A stretch of 64,000 bases of DNA from Thermoanaerobaculia bacterium. GTDB taxonomy: Bacteria; Acidobacteriota; Thermoanaerobaculia; UBA5066. Shown one piece after another: positions 1 through 9,286 of the stretch. The notes under the pieces were generated by a model. That model saw nothing but the letters and a program-made list of their open reading frames with translations. It ran no database searches and was not told the DNA's origin. Location: positions 8,424 to 72,423 of the forward strand of contig JBBRRY010000021.1 in NCBI GenBank assembly GCA_038245905.1, read 5' to 3'. Made by a program: the position numbers and the translations under genes. Numbering within the stretch: position 1 is the stretch's first letter; every line of letters begins with the position of its first letter.

Positions 1-2022
1 GCCGCAGCCACCTTGAGCGGAGCCCGCCCGGCGTGGCGGAAGCCGGCGATTCTCGTTCCGGCCGCCGTCGTCGCTCTCGCCATCGCCGGCGGCGCGGTTT
101 GGCGCATCGCGCGGGACTCGAGAATCCGCGACGCGCGGACCGTGACTCTGCCCGAGATCAGTCGCCTCGTCGAACAGCAGAAGGTCGGCGCGGCCATCCG
201 CCTCGCGCGCGAGGCCGAACGCATCGTCCCCGCGGATGTCGCGCGGCTGCGCCGTGAGACCTGGACCGCGTTCTCCGTCCGCAGCGAGCCTCCGGGAGCC
301 GACGTGCTCATGAAGCCGTACCTCGACGTCGGCGCGGAGTGGGAGCCCGTGGGGAAGACGCCGATCGAGGAGATCCGGCTGCCTCTCACGTACTACCGAT
401 GGAAGTTCACGCGGGCCGGGTCTGAGACGGTCGAGGCGGCGGCGGGCCCCGAAGCGTTCAACCTCCGGCTGGACCCCAAGGGGACCGTACCGCAGGGCAT
501 GGTGCGGGTCCCCGGCGGGAGCTTCACGCTCGGCATGCTCAGCGCCGTCATGCTCGACGACTACTGGCTGGACAAGTACGAGGTCACGAATCGCGAGTTC
601 AAGGCGTTCGTCGACGCGGGCGGCTACGCGAAGCGGGAATACTGGAAGATGCCGTTCTTCCGCGCCGGCCGCGAGATCCCCTTCGAGAAAGCGCTTGCGG
701 AGTTCCGCGACGCGACGGGCCGGCCGGGCCCGTCGACGTGGGAGCTGGGGGGCTTCCCCGAGGGGCGCGAGGGATATCCCGTCGAAGGGGTCAGCTGGTA
801 CGAGGCCGCGGCGTACGCCGAGTTCGCGGGCAGAAGCCTCCCGACGGTCTACCACTGGTACAAGGCCGCGGGACTGGGGATCTTTTCGGAGATCCTGACG
901 CTCTCCAATTTCGGCGGGAAGGGGGCGGCGCCGGTCGGGACCTATCAGGGCCTGGCCCCGTTCGGGAACTACGACATGGCGGGGAACGTGAAGGAGTGGT
1001 GCTGGAACGAGACGGGCGCGCGGCGTTACATCCTTGGCGGCTCGTCGACGGAAGTGAGCTACATGTTCCGGGAGTCCGACGCGCAGGAACCGTTCGTCCG
1101 GCAGGCCGGCTACGGCTTCCGGTGCGCGCGATACGCGGCGCCGGCCTCGGCTGCGCTCCTCGCTCCGACCGGACTCCTCACGCGCGACTACTCGAAGGAG
1201 CAGCCGGTCTCCGACGAGGTGTTCCGGGCGTACCGGCGTCTCTATGCGTACGACAAGACGCCGCTCGACGCGAAGAGCGAACGGGTGGACGACGCCTCTG
1301 CATACTGGAAGAGGGAAAAAGTCAGCGTCCTCTCGGCCTATGGCAGCGAGCGCGTGCCGATCTTCCTCTTCCTGCCGAAGAACGCCCGGCCGCCCTACCA
1401 GACCGTGGTCTTCTTTCCGCACAGCGGCGCGCGGATCGCGCGGTCGACCGCGGACATGGACATGACGGCCATCGACTTCGTCATGCGGAGCGGCCGCGCG
1501 CTTTGCTACCCCGTTTACCGGGACACGTACGAACGGCACGTCGAGAGGACCGCATCGGGCCAGAACTTCCGCCGCGACCTCGTCATTCAGTGGTCCAAGG
1601 ACCTCGGGCGCGCTCTCGACTGGCTCGAGACCCGGCCGGACGTGGACAAGAGCCGGCTCGCCTACTACGGCGTCAGCCTCGGTGCGAACGACGGGGTGAC
1701 CCTGCTCGGTGTCGAGGACCGCTTCCGGGCAGCGGTTCTGATGTCCGGCGGATTCCGGCAGGTGCGTGCCGCGCCGGAGACCGATCCGGTCAACTTCGCT
1801 CCGCGAATCCGGATCCCCGTGCTCCTGATTGCCGGGCGGTACGACTTCCAGCACCCGGTCGAGACCTCGCAGCTTCCGCTCTTCCGGGCGCTCGGGACGC
1901 CGGAGAAGGGCAAGAAACACGTCGTCTACGAGGGCGGGCACGTCGCGCCGCGGATCCAGCCGATCATCAAGGAGATCCTCGACTGGCTGGACCGGACGCT
2001 CGGGCCGGTCGCAGGCAGCTGA
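1..2022 (+). CDS. 5'-truncated membrane protein: TM + FGE-sulfatase (SUMF1-like) domain + C-terminal alpha/beta hydrolase; an N-terminal Ser/Thr kinase domain probably lies upstream of the window
   Basis: Frame open from base 1; TM segment ILVPAAVVALAIAGG; FGE motifs DKYEVTN, PVEGVSWYEAAAYA and YDMAGNVKEW; hydrolase elbow YYGVSLG with a distal His (EGGH). Confidence 0.85.
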   Translation, partial: AAATLSGARPAWRKPAILVPAAVVALAIAGGAVWRIARDSRIRDARTVTLPEISRLVEQQKVGAAIRLAREAERIVPADVARLRRETWTAFSVRSEPPGADVLMKPYLDVGAEWEPVGKTPIEEIRLPLTYYRWKFTRAGSETVEAAAGPEAFNLRLDPKGTVPQGMVRVPGGSFTLGMLSAVMLDDYWLDKYEVTNREFKAFVDAGGYAKREYWKMPFFRAGREIPFEKALAEFRDATGRPGPSTWELGGFPEGREGYPVEGVSWYEAAAYAEFAGRSLPTVYHWYKAAGLGIFSEILTLSNFGGKGAAPVGTYQGLAPFGNYDMAGNVKEWCWNETGARRYILGGSSTEVSYMFRESDAQEPFVRQAGYGFRCARYAAPASAALLAPTGLLTRDYSKEQPVSDEVFRAYRRLYAYDKTPLDAKSERVDDASAYWKREKVSVLSAYGSERVPIFLFLPKNARPPYQTVVFFPHSGARIARSTADMDMTAIDFVMRSGRALCYPVYRDTYERHVERTASGQNFRRDLVIQWSKDLGRALDWLETRPDVDKSRLAYYGVSLGANDGVTLLGVEDRFRAAVLMSGGFRQVRAAPETDPVNFAPRIRIPVLLIAGRYDFQHPVETSQLPLFRALGTPEKGKKHVVYEGGHVAPRIQPIIKEILDWLDRTLGPVAGS

Positions 2023-2053
2023 GACGAATTCTCAATCTGATACGCTCCGGTTC

Positions 2054-2587
2054 ATGAAGATCCTTCTCCGCTTCCTCGCAGCCGGCGTTCTCCTTGCGGG
2101 CGCGTCAAGCCCCGCCGCAGCCGACGTGCCCTCCATGGGCGAGAAGGCTCCGGCCGTCTCCCTCAAGAGCCAGGACGGCTCGACAGTCACGCTCGATCAG
2201 TTCAAGGGCAAATGGGTGGTCCTCTACTTCTACCCGAAGGACTTCACCTCCGGATGCACGGTGGAGGCCCACAACTTCCAGCGCGACCTCGCGAAGTACG
2301 AGACGGCGAACGCGGTCATCCTCGGCGTGAGCGTCGACGACGTGGACTCGCACAAGGGGTTCTGCACGAAGGAAGGGCTGAGCTTCAAGCTCCTCGCGGA
2401 CACGCAGGCGGTCGTCACGAAAGCCTACGGCTCCACCATGACCTACAACGAGAAGACCATGTCGGCGCGGAACACGTTCCTGATCGACCCTTCGGGCGTC
2501 ATCCGGAAGACCTACGTCAAAGTCAGCCCGGCGACCCACAGCGACGACGTCCTCACGGATCTCGCGGCCCTCAAGACCCCGAAGTAA
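2054..2587 (+). CDS. bcp: Peroxiredoxin, BCP/PrxQ type, with an N-terminal signal peptide
   Basis: VVLYFYPKDFTSGCTVEA active-site motif; GVSVD; RNTFLIDP; signal peptide MKILLRFLAAGVLLAGASSPAAA. Confidence 0.9.
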   Translation: MKILLRFLAAGVLLAGASSPAAADVPSMGEKAPAVSLKSQDGSTVTLDQFKGKWVVLYFYPKDFTSGCTVEAHNFQRDLAKYETANAVILGVSVDDVDSHKGFCTKEGLSFKLLADTQAVVTKAYGSTMTYNEKTMSARNTFLIDPSGVIRKTYVKVSPATHSDDVLTDLAALKTPK

Positions 2588-2604
2588 CAGGACAGGAGAT
2601 CCCG

Positions 2605-3072
2605 ATGCCTTACGACCCCCGGATGATTCAACCCTTCCGCGACGAGCTCACGCAGGCCGGCTTCACCGAGCTTCACACGGCCGCCGAGGTGGATGCCGCC
2701 GTTTCGCAGAAGGGAGCGACTCTCGTCGTCGTGAATTCCGTCTGCGGCTGCGCCGCCGGCCAGGCGCGCCCCGGCGTCGCGCTCGCGGTCAAGCATCCGC
2801 TTCGTCCCGAGAGGCTCGTGACCGTGTTCGCGGGGCAGGACCTCGAGGCGACGGCGCGGGCCCGCTCGTACTTCACCGGCGCTTCGCCGTCGTCACCTTC
2901 GATCGGCATCCTCAAGGACGGGAAGCTCGTCTACCTCCTCCAGCGGCACGAGATCCAGATGATGGACGCGCGCGCGGTCGCGGGCGCGCTCGGCTCCGCC
3001 TTCGAGGCGGTCGCGGGCGGAAAAGCGGCCGGGGCGCACGCCGCCGGCCTCCAATTACCCGCTCGAGCCTGA
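2605..3072 (+). CDS. BrxA/BrxB family bacilliredoxin (DUF1094)
   Basis: NSVCGCAAGQARP with CGC motif; TVFAGQD; PSSPS; GGAG RBS upstream. Confidence 0.9.
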   Translation: MPYDPRMIQPFRDELTQAGFTELHTAAEVDAAVSQKGATLVVVNSVCGCAAGQARPGVALAVKHPLRPERLVTVFAGQDLEATARARSYFTGASPSSPSIGILKDGKLVYLLQRHEIQMMDARAVAGALGSAFEAVAGGKAAGAHAAGLQLPARA

Positions 3073-3138
3073 GAAAGACCCGGCCGGAGGGTGCCGGCGG
3101 GATCGGTGAGGCGTCGTCCTCGTCGCGCACTCCCGAAT

Positions 3139-4800
3139 GTGCGCTGCCGTGCCTTCTGCCTTCTCGCGGTCGTGACGCTCGTTCCAGGTCTGGCCCGCGC
3201 TGCCACGAGAGCCGACGTCCTTGAGGCCGCGGAGCGGGCGGCCGACAGACTTCCGGCGATCCGGTCCGAGGGGCGCCGCTGGGAGGACGTACCCTATCTC
3301 GTCGGCCTCCTCCTCGTCGCCGAGCAGCTCGAGAAAAGCACGCCGGGCGCGGGACGACGCTGGATCGATCGCGCTGCGGCGATCGTTGGAGGCGGAGATG
3401 CCCCCATCGGCAACGGCGACTACGCCGGTTACGCGCAGGCGGCGATGGATCTCTACCGGCTCACGCCGCCCTCAGACACGGCGAGAAGAGCCGCCTTTCT
3501 TAGTGCGACGGAAGGTCCGCTCCGGTTTGCGGCCTCCGCGCTCCACGCCGCTCCCTCGAACAGCCCGCCGCTCGCGGACTGGTGGGTGGACGGCGGGTAT
3601 GGCACGCGCTTCTGGGTGGACGACCTCTTCACGATGCCTCCCGGACTCGCGATGCGCGGCGCGAAGCGCGACGGCCTCCCTGGAGACGCGGCGGCGCGCG
3701 ACCTCGCCTACGAGTGGATCGAGGCCTATCTCTACGACCACCGCCCCGCGTCGGGGGACGCGCCGGCTGCCGGCGTCCCTGCCGAGCGCCGGCGGGCGGG
3801 GCCGCTTCTCTGGGATCCCGCGCTCGCGCTCTTCCGCCACGACACGGATTCCGGTCGGTCGCGCTACTGGGGGCGGGGGAACGGCTGGGCCGCATGGGGT
3901 CTCGCGCGCTCGGCCGGGTATCTCGACAATCCGTACGGCGGGAACCGCTACGACGCCGTTCTCGACAGGACGGGGATTCGCCAGGTGCTCGTACGATTCT
4001 CGGTGGCTCTCGCGGCGCGTCGCTCGGACGACGGCGGCTGGCCGACGGACCTCGCGCACCCCGAAGACTGTCCCTCGAGCGAGACTTCGGCAACGGGGCT
4101 CATCACGTACATGCTCGCGAAGGGCGTCAACGAAGGCTGGCTGGATCGGACCGCCTTCACGCCGGTCATCCTGAAGGCGTTCTCTCTTCTCCTCGGGCGG
4201 CTCGACGCGCATGGGGATGTGTCCGGCATCCAGCCGCCCGGGACCGGCCCTGATTGCGGCGTGACGACGTCGAGCGACCCCGCCGTGGACGTCTCTTACG
4301 GAGTGGGAGCGTTCCTCCTCGCGGCGTCCGAGATCCTGAAGCTTCCGGACGCGGACCTCGCGATGCTGGAAGGCGTCGCGGCGCGGCCGGTCGATCGGGC
4401 GTTCAGCGCCCGCGTGTGGATCGTCGTGCCGATGGACGACCCCGACGCGATCTCGTCCGGTATCGACGACGGCGACGGGTTCCGCGGCTTCCGCCGGTCC
4501 TTGCGCGCCGTCGCCGTTCCCCTCTGGACCGCGCTCGCGCCCGGAGAAGACACGACGCGCGTGAACGAACGGGAGGGCTTCCTCCGGATCGGCGGGAGAA
4601 ATCTGTCTCCCGTGTCCGCGGCGATGGCGTTCGAAATCCGCTCCGCGGACGGAAGTCTCGCGGAGAGGTCGACGCTGGATCTGCCGCCGGGGGGCTCGGC
4701 CTTCGTGACACTCTTCGCGGCCGAGGGATCGACGGTGATCCTCTCCAACGTCTCAGCGGATGCCGGGGTGGCGCCGGCCGTCGTGTCCGAGTCCTGTTGA
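3139..4800 (+). CDS. Secreted GH105/GH88-like unsaturated uronyl hydrolase with a C-terminal extension (start 3139 or 3091)
   Basis: FWVDDLF, YWGRGNGW, ETSATG and YGVGAFLLAASE motifs; signal peptide. Confidence 0.75.
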   Translation: MRCRAFCLLAVVTLVPGLARAATRADVLEAAERAADRLPAIRSEGRRWEDVPYLVGLLLVAEQLEKSTPGAGRRWIDRAAAIVGGGDAPIGNGDYAGYAQAAMDLYRLTPPSDTARRAAFLSATEGPLRFAASALHAAPSNSPPLADWWVDGGYGTRFWVDDLFTMPPGLAMRGAKRDGLPGDAAARDLAYEWIEAYLYDHRPASGDAPAAGVPAERRRAGPLLWDPALALFRHDTDSGRSRYWGRGNGWAAWGLARSAGYLDNPYGGNRYDAVLDRTGIRQVLVRFSVALAARRSDDGGWPTDLAHPEDCPSSETSATGLITYMLAKGVNEGWLDRTAFTPVILKAFSLLLGRLDAHGDVSGIQPPGTGPDCGVTTSSDPAVDVSYGVGAFLLAASEILKLPDADLAMLEGVAARPVDRAFSARVWIVVPMDDPDAISSGIDDGDGFRGFRRSLRAVAVPLWTALAPGEDTTRVNEREGFLRIGGRNLSPVSAAMAFEIRSADGSLAERSTLDLPPGGSAFVTLFAAEGSTVILSNVSADAGVAPAVVSESC

Positions 4801-4841
4801 GGCGCCCGCGGGCGACACTACGTGTGTCCAGGAATTTCCGA

Positions 4842-5258
4842 TCAGCTCCTGACGCTGCCGAAGAGCCGCATGAAGGCCGCGACGCCCGCGCCCCATGCTC
4901 CGTTCAGGAGGAGCGCTCCGACGATGAGGTCGGGCTTCCAGCCGCCGCCGACGGGCAGCCCCTTGAGCGGCAGGACGACGAGGAACGCAACGAGCGTGGG
5001 GAGTATGGCGCCGAAGGCGACGGCGAGGAGCCAGTACTTCGGCCCCGAGGCGCCGGCGATCGTCAGCCAGAGCGCGATTCCCCAGAGGCCGCCCCAGAAC
5101 GCGAGCGACAGCACGGAGGGAACTCCCATCGGAGGCGTCGGCGTCATCACCCATGGGTTGCGTGGGGTCATCCTTACTCCGTGGAGGATCGCGAGGACAC
5201 CCTGATGAAAGACGAGCGTCGAGAGGAAGCCTGCGAGGAACGCTCTCACGTAGGTCAT
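4842..5258 (-). CDS. Hypothetical membrane protein, about 4 TM
   Basis: Hydrophobic ORF with GGAG RBS; FHQG and FWGGLWG motifs. Confidence 0.75.
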   Translation of the reverse strand: MTYVRAFLAGFLSTLVFHQGVLAILHGVRMTPRNPWVMTPTPPMGVPSVLSLAFWGGLWGIALWLTIAGASGPKYWLLAVAFGAILPTLVAFLVVLPLKGLPVGGGWKPDLIVGALLLNGAWGAGVAAFMRLFGSVRS

Positions 5259-5290
5259 GGAGAACTCCTGTCCGGCGGGTGCCGGGACGG

Positions 5291-5638
5291 TCAGTCGATA
5301 TCGAGCGCGGCCTTCAAGCCTTGCATGACGAGAAAGAGCTGCTCCGAGGTCAGGGAACCGGCTTTCTCCACGAGCTTCCCGCGATCGAGAGTCGTGACCT
5401 GATGACAGAGGGCGAAACCCGCTCTTTTCATCCCGCCCGCGCCTTTAGGCAAGTGGACGGCGGTCGGGCCCCTGGCGCCCTGGCTCTCCGAGGTGGACAC
5501 GGGGATTACGATCACAGAGCGCCAGCCCGGTGTCTCGTTGAAACCGTCGTTCGAGACGACGATCACCGGGCGTCGACCCCGCTGCTCGGAGCCCGAACGG
5601 GGTTCGAGGTCGGCCCAGTGAACTTCGCCGCGCTTCAA
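5291..5638 (-). CDS. mazF: PemK/MazF family toxin
   Basis: KRGEVHWADLEPRSGSEQRGRRPVIVVSND...ALCHQVTTLD; TTG start overlaps the antitoxin stop (TTGA). Confidence 0.92.
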   Translation of the reverse strand: MKRGEVHWADLEPRSGSEQRGRRPVIVVSNDGFNETPGWRSVIVIPVSTSESQGARGPTAVHLPKGAGGMKRAGFALCHQVTTLDRGKLVEKAGSLTSEQLFLVMQGLKAALDID

Positions 5639-5904
5639 CGTTTCTTGCGGCTCCCCCGCAGGTGCTCGACCGCGGCCTTCTCGAGTCCGGCGTCGAGATC
5701 GGCAGTGGACCCCGCGGTGCTCGCGGCGTAGACGGCGATCTCCTCCCGTACGGACTGGCGGCGCTTCTCGCGGAGCCACTCCTCGATGGCGTCACGTGCG
5801 ACGCTGGTCGCGGGCCGGCTTTCGCGAGCGGCTTCCTCCTTCAGGCGGTCATAGGTCTCGCCGGTGAGAGGAAGGTGAAAATTGCGAAGCGGAGAAGAAG
5901 GCAT
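5635..5904 (-). CDS. Putative ribbon-helix-helix antitoxin
   Basis: NFHLPL beta strand followed by two helices (YDRLKEEAA, SVARDAIEEWL); translationally coupled upstream of mazF. Confidence 0.8.
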   Translation of the reverse strand: MPSSPLRNFHLPLTGETYDRLKEEAARESRPATSVARDAIEEWLREKRRQSVREEIAVYAASTAGSTADLDAGLEKAAVEHLRGSRKKR

Positions 5905-5914
5905 GGCCGTTACC

Positions 5915-5950
5915 TGTCATGACACTATGGCCACTTTGATGCCATGTCAA
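5915..5950 (-). promoter_or_regulatory. Sigma70 promoter of the TA operon with an overlapping palindromic operator
   Basis: Minus strand reads TTGACA-17 nt-TAGTGT; perfect palindrome TGTCATGACA at 5915-5924 overlaps the -10. Confidence 0.75.
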
Positions 5951-5951
5951 T

Positions 5952-6365
5952 GTGTCCTTATGGGCCCCCGGCGCCGCGGACGCGCTGCTCGACCGTGGCC
6001 TTCTCGGCCCCGGAGTGGCGCGCCTCCGCCTCGTTCCGAAATCCCGGCCACCCGCCCCCCAGAGGCCGGCTCCTGCCCGGGAGCGCGCGCTCGCGGAGAA
6101 ACTTGGGAAGAAGAAGTCGGCCGAGGCGAAGAAGCTCCTCGAGGCGCGAACCCGGGAGACGCAGCGGGCGCGCGCAAGTCTCGCGGCGGCGGAGAAGGCC
6201 CTCGAGGCCGCGCGGCAGAGGCAGCAGGAGCTCGAGACCGCACTCTCGTCCGCGATGAGGCTTGAAAGAAAGTTGCGTGAGGAGGTCGCAACCGCGCGCA
6301 AGGCGCTGGAAGGCGCGGAGGCGGCCGAAGTCGCGACGGGCTCCTCAGCGGGGCGGAAGGAGTAG
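5952..6365 (+). pseudogene. Possible 3' remnant of a coiled-coil protein gene
   Basis: Ala/Glu/Lys/Arg-rich helical ORF with coding-like codon use but no RBS or convincing start; abuts the TA promoter. Confidence 0.4.
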
Positions 6366-7853
6366 GAGGTTCCCCGTCCGCGGGTAACGCCGGAGGACCG
6401 AGAATCCTCGCCTCCCTGCCTCGGCAGCTTCCGCTTCGGTCACGTAGCAGAGGTCGTAGTCCCACCTGTCCGTTTCGAGTCGTTCGACCGGAGCCAGCCA
6501 GTAAAGGCCCTCGACGACACGCATGTAGTTCAGGGCCGGCTCGCAATGGGAGATCGAGCCAACTCGTGTCGCTCGCGTACGGCCCTCCCGCCTTGTGTAT
6601 TCGTCGAGGTCCGAGACGACGAGGCGCACATCCGCGTCGAACCACCAGAGGGCCGACCGGTTCGTGTCGGCGACGCGCACGAGGTGAATCGACGCGAGAA
6701 GAGCGAGTACGCCGAGGAGGGCCGTCGCCGCCTTCCGAGCGGCCGGAGGCGCAGTTGCCGCCCCGAGCGTCGCCGCAAGAACGAAGAGAGGGATGAACAC
6801 CGTCGCGATCCGATCCGTGGGATAGCGAAGCCCGAGAAAAAGGCTCTGCGATTTCACGGCGAGAGCGGTCAGGGCGAGAAGTGAAATGAAGGCAAGGGCG
6901 ACGAGATCGGACGGGCCGCGCTGCCGACGGAACAGAAGGCGAATCCCGGCCCATGAGACGAGAACCAGAGATCCCGCGACGAAGAGGAGAAGCGGTTTTT
7001 CGAAGCGTCCGAGCCAGGGGGCGGGGAGTAGCGTGAGCCAGACGAGATTCTCGACCGTGTCGTGCCAGATGCCCGTCGTTCCTCCCGCGTAGAAGCCGCC
7101 GGACTTTCCGATCCTCCAGAGAATGCCCGTGAGACCCATCGCGAGGGCTGCGGATGTGACGAGGAGGGGGACGAGGCGTCGCCCGAATCGGCGCAGGAGC
7201 GTTGGGCCGGACCCGGCATTCCACGCGCGAACGGCGTGAATGACGACGAGGATGGCCGCCATCGCGGCGAACACGTCGAGAGCGACGAATTGGGAAAGGA
7301 CCGCGAAACACAGGAGAGAGAGCGCGAACCACTCGTTTCTCCTTGGCGAATCGGACTTCTCGATCGTGAGAGAGGCCAGGAGGAGCGCCGGAAGAATGAG
7401 TCCAAGGCAGAGGCCGTAACCGCGTGCGAGGGAGAACATTTCGAGGAGGTGACGGTTCGCCGAGGCGAGCACGAGACCTGAGAGCGCGAGGACAGGCGGC
7501 GCGTGTCGGCGGAGGAGGAGCCAGAGCGATGCGAGATACGAAGCCAGCGCGAGAAGGTTCGGGAGGCGGAGAGGCGCCTCGCCCGGGCCGAGAAGAGCCG
7601 ATGAGACTTTCATCAGGACGGTGTTGAGGAGATGGTTGTTCGCGGGACCCGGGCCTTCGAAAAGGAAGATGGCCCGCCATGGCGCCGTCGACCAGTGAAG
7701 GAAGGTGAAAGCCTCGTCGTGGGTGATCGGAACGAGGACGGCGCGCGCCACGGCGAACGCGAGGACGGACGTGCAGTAGACGATTGCGACGATGTCGTAC
7801 TGAATTCCAGGGTGGCGGGGCCCTTGGCCCGGCCCCGACGGCGCGGCGCTCAC
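6345..7853 (-). CDS. GT-C fold (GT39/ArnT-like) polytopic membrane glycosyltransferase
   Basis: ITHDEAFT motif after TM1; NNHLL, LRLP and ARGYG motifs; many TM segments; GTG start overlaps the speD stop (GTGA). Confidence 0.7.
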   Translation of the reverse strand: MSAAPSGPGQGPRHPGIQYDIVAIVYCTSVLAFAVARAVLVPITHDEAFTFLHWSTAPWRAIFLFEGPGPANNHLLNTVLMKVSSALLGPGEAPLRLPNLLALASYLASLWLLLRRHAPPVLALSGLVLASANRHLLEMFSLARGYGLCLGLILPALLLASLTIEKSDSPRRNEWFALSLLCFAVLSQFVALDVFAAMAAILVVIHAVRAWNAGSGPTLLRRFGRRLVPLLVTSAALAMGLTGILWRIGKSGGFYAGGTTGIWHDTVENLVWLTLLPAPWLGRFEKPLLLFVAGSLVLVSWAGIRLLFRRQRGPSDLVALAFISLLALTALAVKSQSLFLGLRYPTDRIATVFIPLFVLAATLGAATAPPAARKAATALLGVLALLASIHLVRVADTNRSALWWFDADVRLVVSDLDEYTRREGRTRATRVGSISHCEPALNYMRVVEGLYWLAPVERLETDRWDYDLCYVTEAEAAEAGRRGFSVLRRYPRTGNLLLLPPR

Positions 7854-8203
7854 CGGGCGTCGGCGCCCCGGATGCGCTCTTCGACCGTCGAACGTTGCGC
7901 CCCGAGCGCCTTCGCGAGCGCGTCGACCGCCTTCCGCGCGCGCGCGACGTCGCCGCACGTGAAGAGGTCCACGGCGGCCTCGCCGCGCTCGGGCCACGTG
8001 TGGATCGTGAGATGCGACTCCGAGATGACGACGACGCCACTGACGCCCTGAGGGCTCAGTCGGTGGATGTGGATGCCGAGGACATTCGCGCCCATCGCCT
8101 TCACGGCGTCCACGAGGAGCGTCTCGACGAGGATGGGATCGTCGAGCGTCGCGAACGGCGCGCCCGCGACGTCGAGGAGAAAGTGCACGCCGAGGACCTT
8201 CAT
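7850..8203 (-). CDS. speD: S-adenosylmethionine decarboxylase proenzyme
   Basis: PQGVSGVVVISESHLTIHTWPE...DLFTCG; ATGA overlap with the upstream gene. Confidence 0.95.
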   Translation of the reverse strand: MKVLGVHFLLDVAGAPFATLDDPILVETLLVDAVKAMGANVLGIHIHRLSPQGVSGVVVISESHLTIHTWPERGEAAVDLFTCGDVARARKAVDALAKALGAQRSTVEERIRGADAR

Positions 8204-9285
8204 CGAATTCCCATCGTGGCTACGGCGGCCTCGTTCGCGGGCTTGACCTTCCAGAGGAACGCGTCCCAGACGTAGTGCGTCGCCTGCGGGAGCGCGAGGA
8301 GCGGCACGATCAGCGCGAGGAGCAGCACGCCGGGATCGAGGGCGGGTCCGGGGAAGAGCACGGCGTGATCGTGCCAGACGAGGCGGTCCCAACCCCACTC
8401 TTCCGCGAAGGCGACGAGGAGAAGGGGCGCGAGGAAGAGGACGAGCTTCGGAGCGAACCGGTCCGCGAGGGAGGGCGGTTCTCCGGCTTCGAGGCGTGCC
8501 GCCGCGCGCGCCTTCGACGTGAACCACACGAGGCCCATGTACGGGATGCCGTGGACGAAGACGTTCAGGACCGTGAACGCGTAGTCCGAGTCGAAGACGA
8601 CGATGCCGAGATGCCACGTCGCAGCGGTCGAAAAGACGATCAGGATCTTGCCCCACGAAATGGGACGGCCCGCGCGGGCGCGTGCGAGCTCCTTCCCGAT
8701 CCACGCGGCAAGGATGCCCGCGTAGATCACGAAAGCGGCGCGGCTGACGCCGTCAGGAAGGCCCGACAGGAAGTCGCCCTTCAGGAACCACTGGAATTTC
8801 CGGGGCAGGTGCGCGTGCCAGAAGAGAAGCGGAGTCAGCGTCGCGCCGTAAATCACGGCGGCGTCGAGGAAACGCCCGCCTTGACCTTCGCCGTTCTTCC
8901 GGCGGTACAGAGCGACCCAGCCGTACTGCTGCCGGATGAAGTGAAACACCGCGAGGTAGGCCAGGACGCGCCAGAAGAAGAGCGGCGAAACGGAGTACGC
9001 GGCCACGCCGGCGCACCACGCCGCGATAGGAACGCCGGCGTAGAGCCAGAGGCGCCGGGAGACCTCATGGCCATCCGAGAGAACGCGCCATCCCGTGGAC
9101 CAGACGTGCGCCACGTCCACGCCCACGACGGCGACGAGGAACAGCCACGGCGGAGCGTCTCCATCGAGGAGGCCGGTCGCGTGACCGATGCCGAGGAACA
9201 GCAGGGCGACCGCCGTCGACCCTCCGAAGAGGAGAAGATCGGTGCGCCTGCCGAAGAGCCACGGGGAATTCACGGCGCCGGGCAT
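8200..9285 (-). CDS. Conserved polytopic membrane protein with four His-containing motifs
   Basis: DVAHVWST, FHFIRQQYG, HGIPY and ATHYVWD motifs; tightly packed in the operon. Confidence 0.8.
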   Translation of the reverse strand: MPGAVNSPWLFGRRTDLLLFGGSTAVALLFLGIGHATGLLDGDAPPWLFLVAVVGVDVAHVWSTGWRVLSDGHEVSRRLWLYAGVPIAAWCAGVAAYSVSPLFFWRVLAYLAVFHFIRQQYGWVALYRRKNGEGQGGRFLDAAVIYGATLTPLLFWHAHLPRKFQWFLKGDFLSGLPDGVSRAAFVIYAGILAAWIGKELARARAGRPISWGKILIVFSTAATWHLGIVVFDSDYAFTVLNVFVHGIPYMGLVWFTSKARAAARLEAGEPPSLADRFAPKLVLFLAPLLLVAFAEEWGWDRLVWHDHAVLFPGPALDPGVLLLALIVPLLALPQATHYVWDAFLWKVKPANEAAVATMGIR

Positions 9286-9286
9286 G

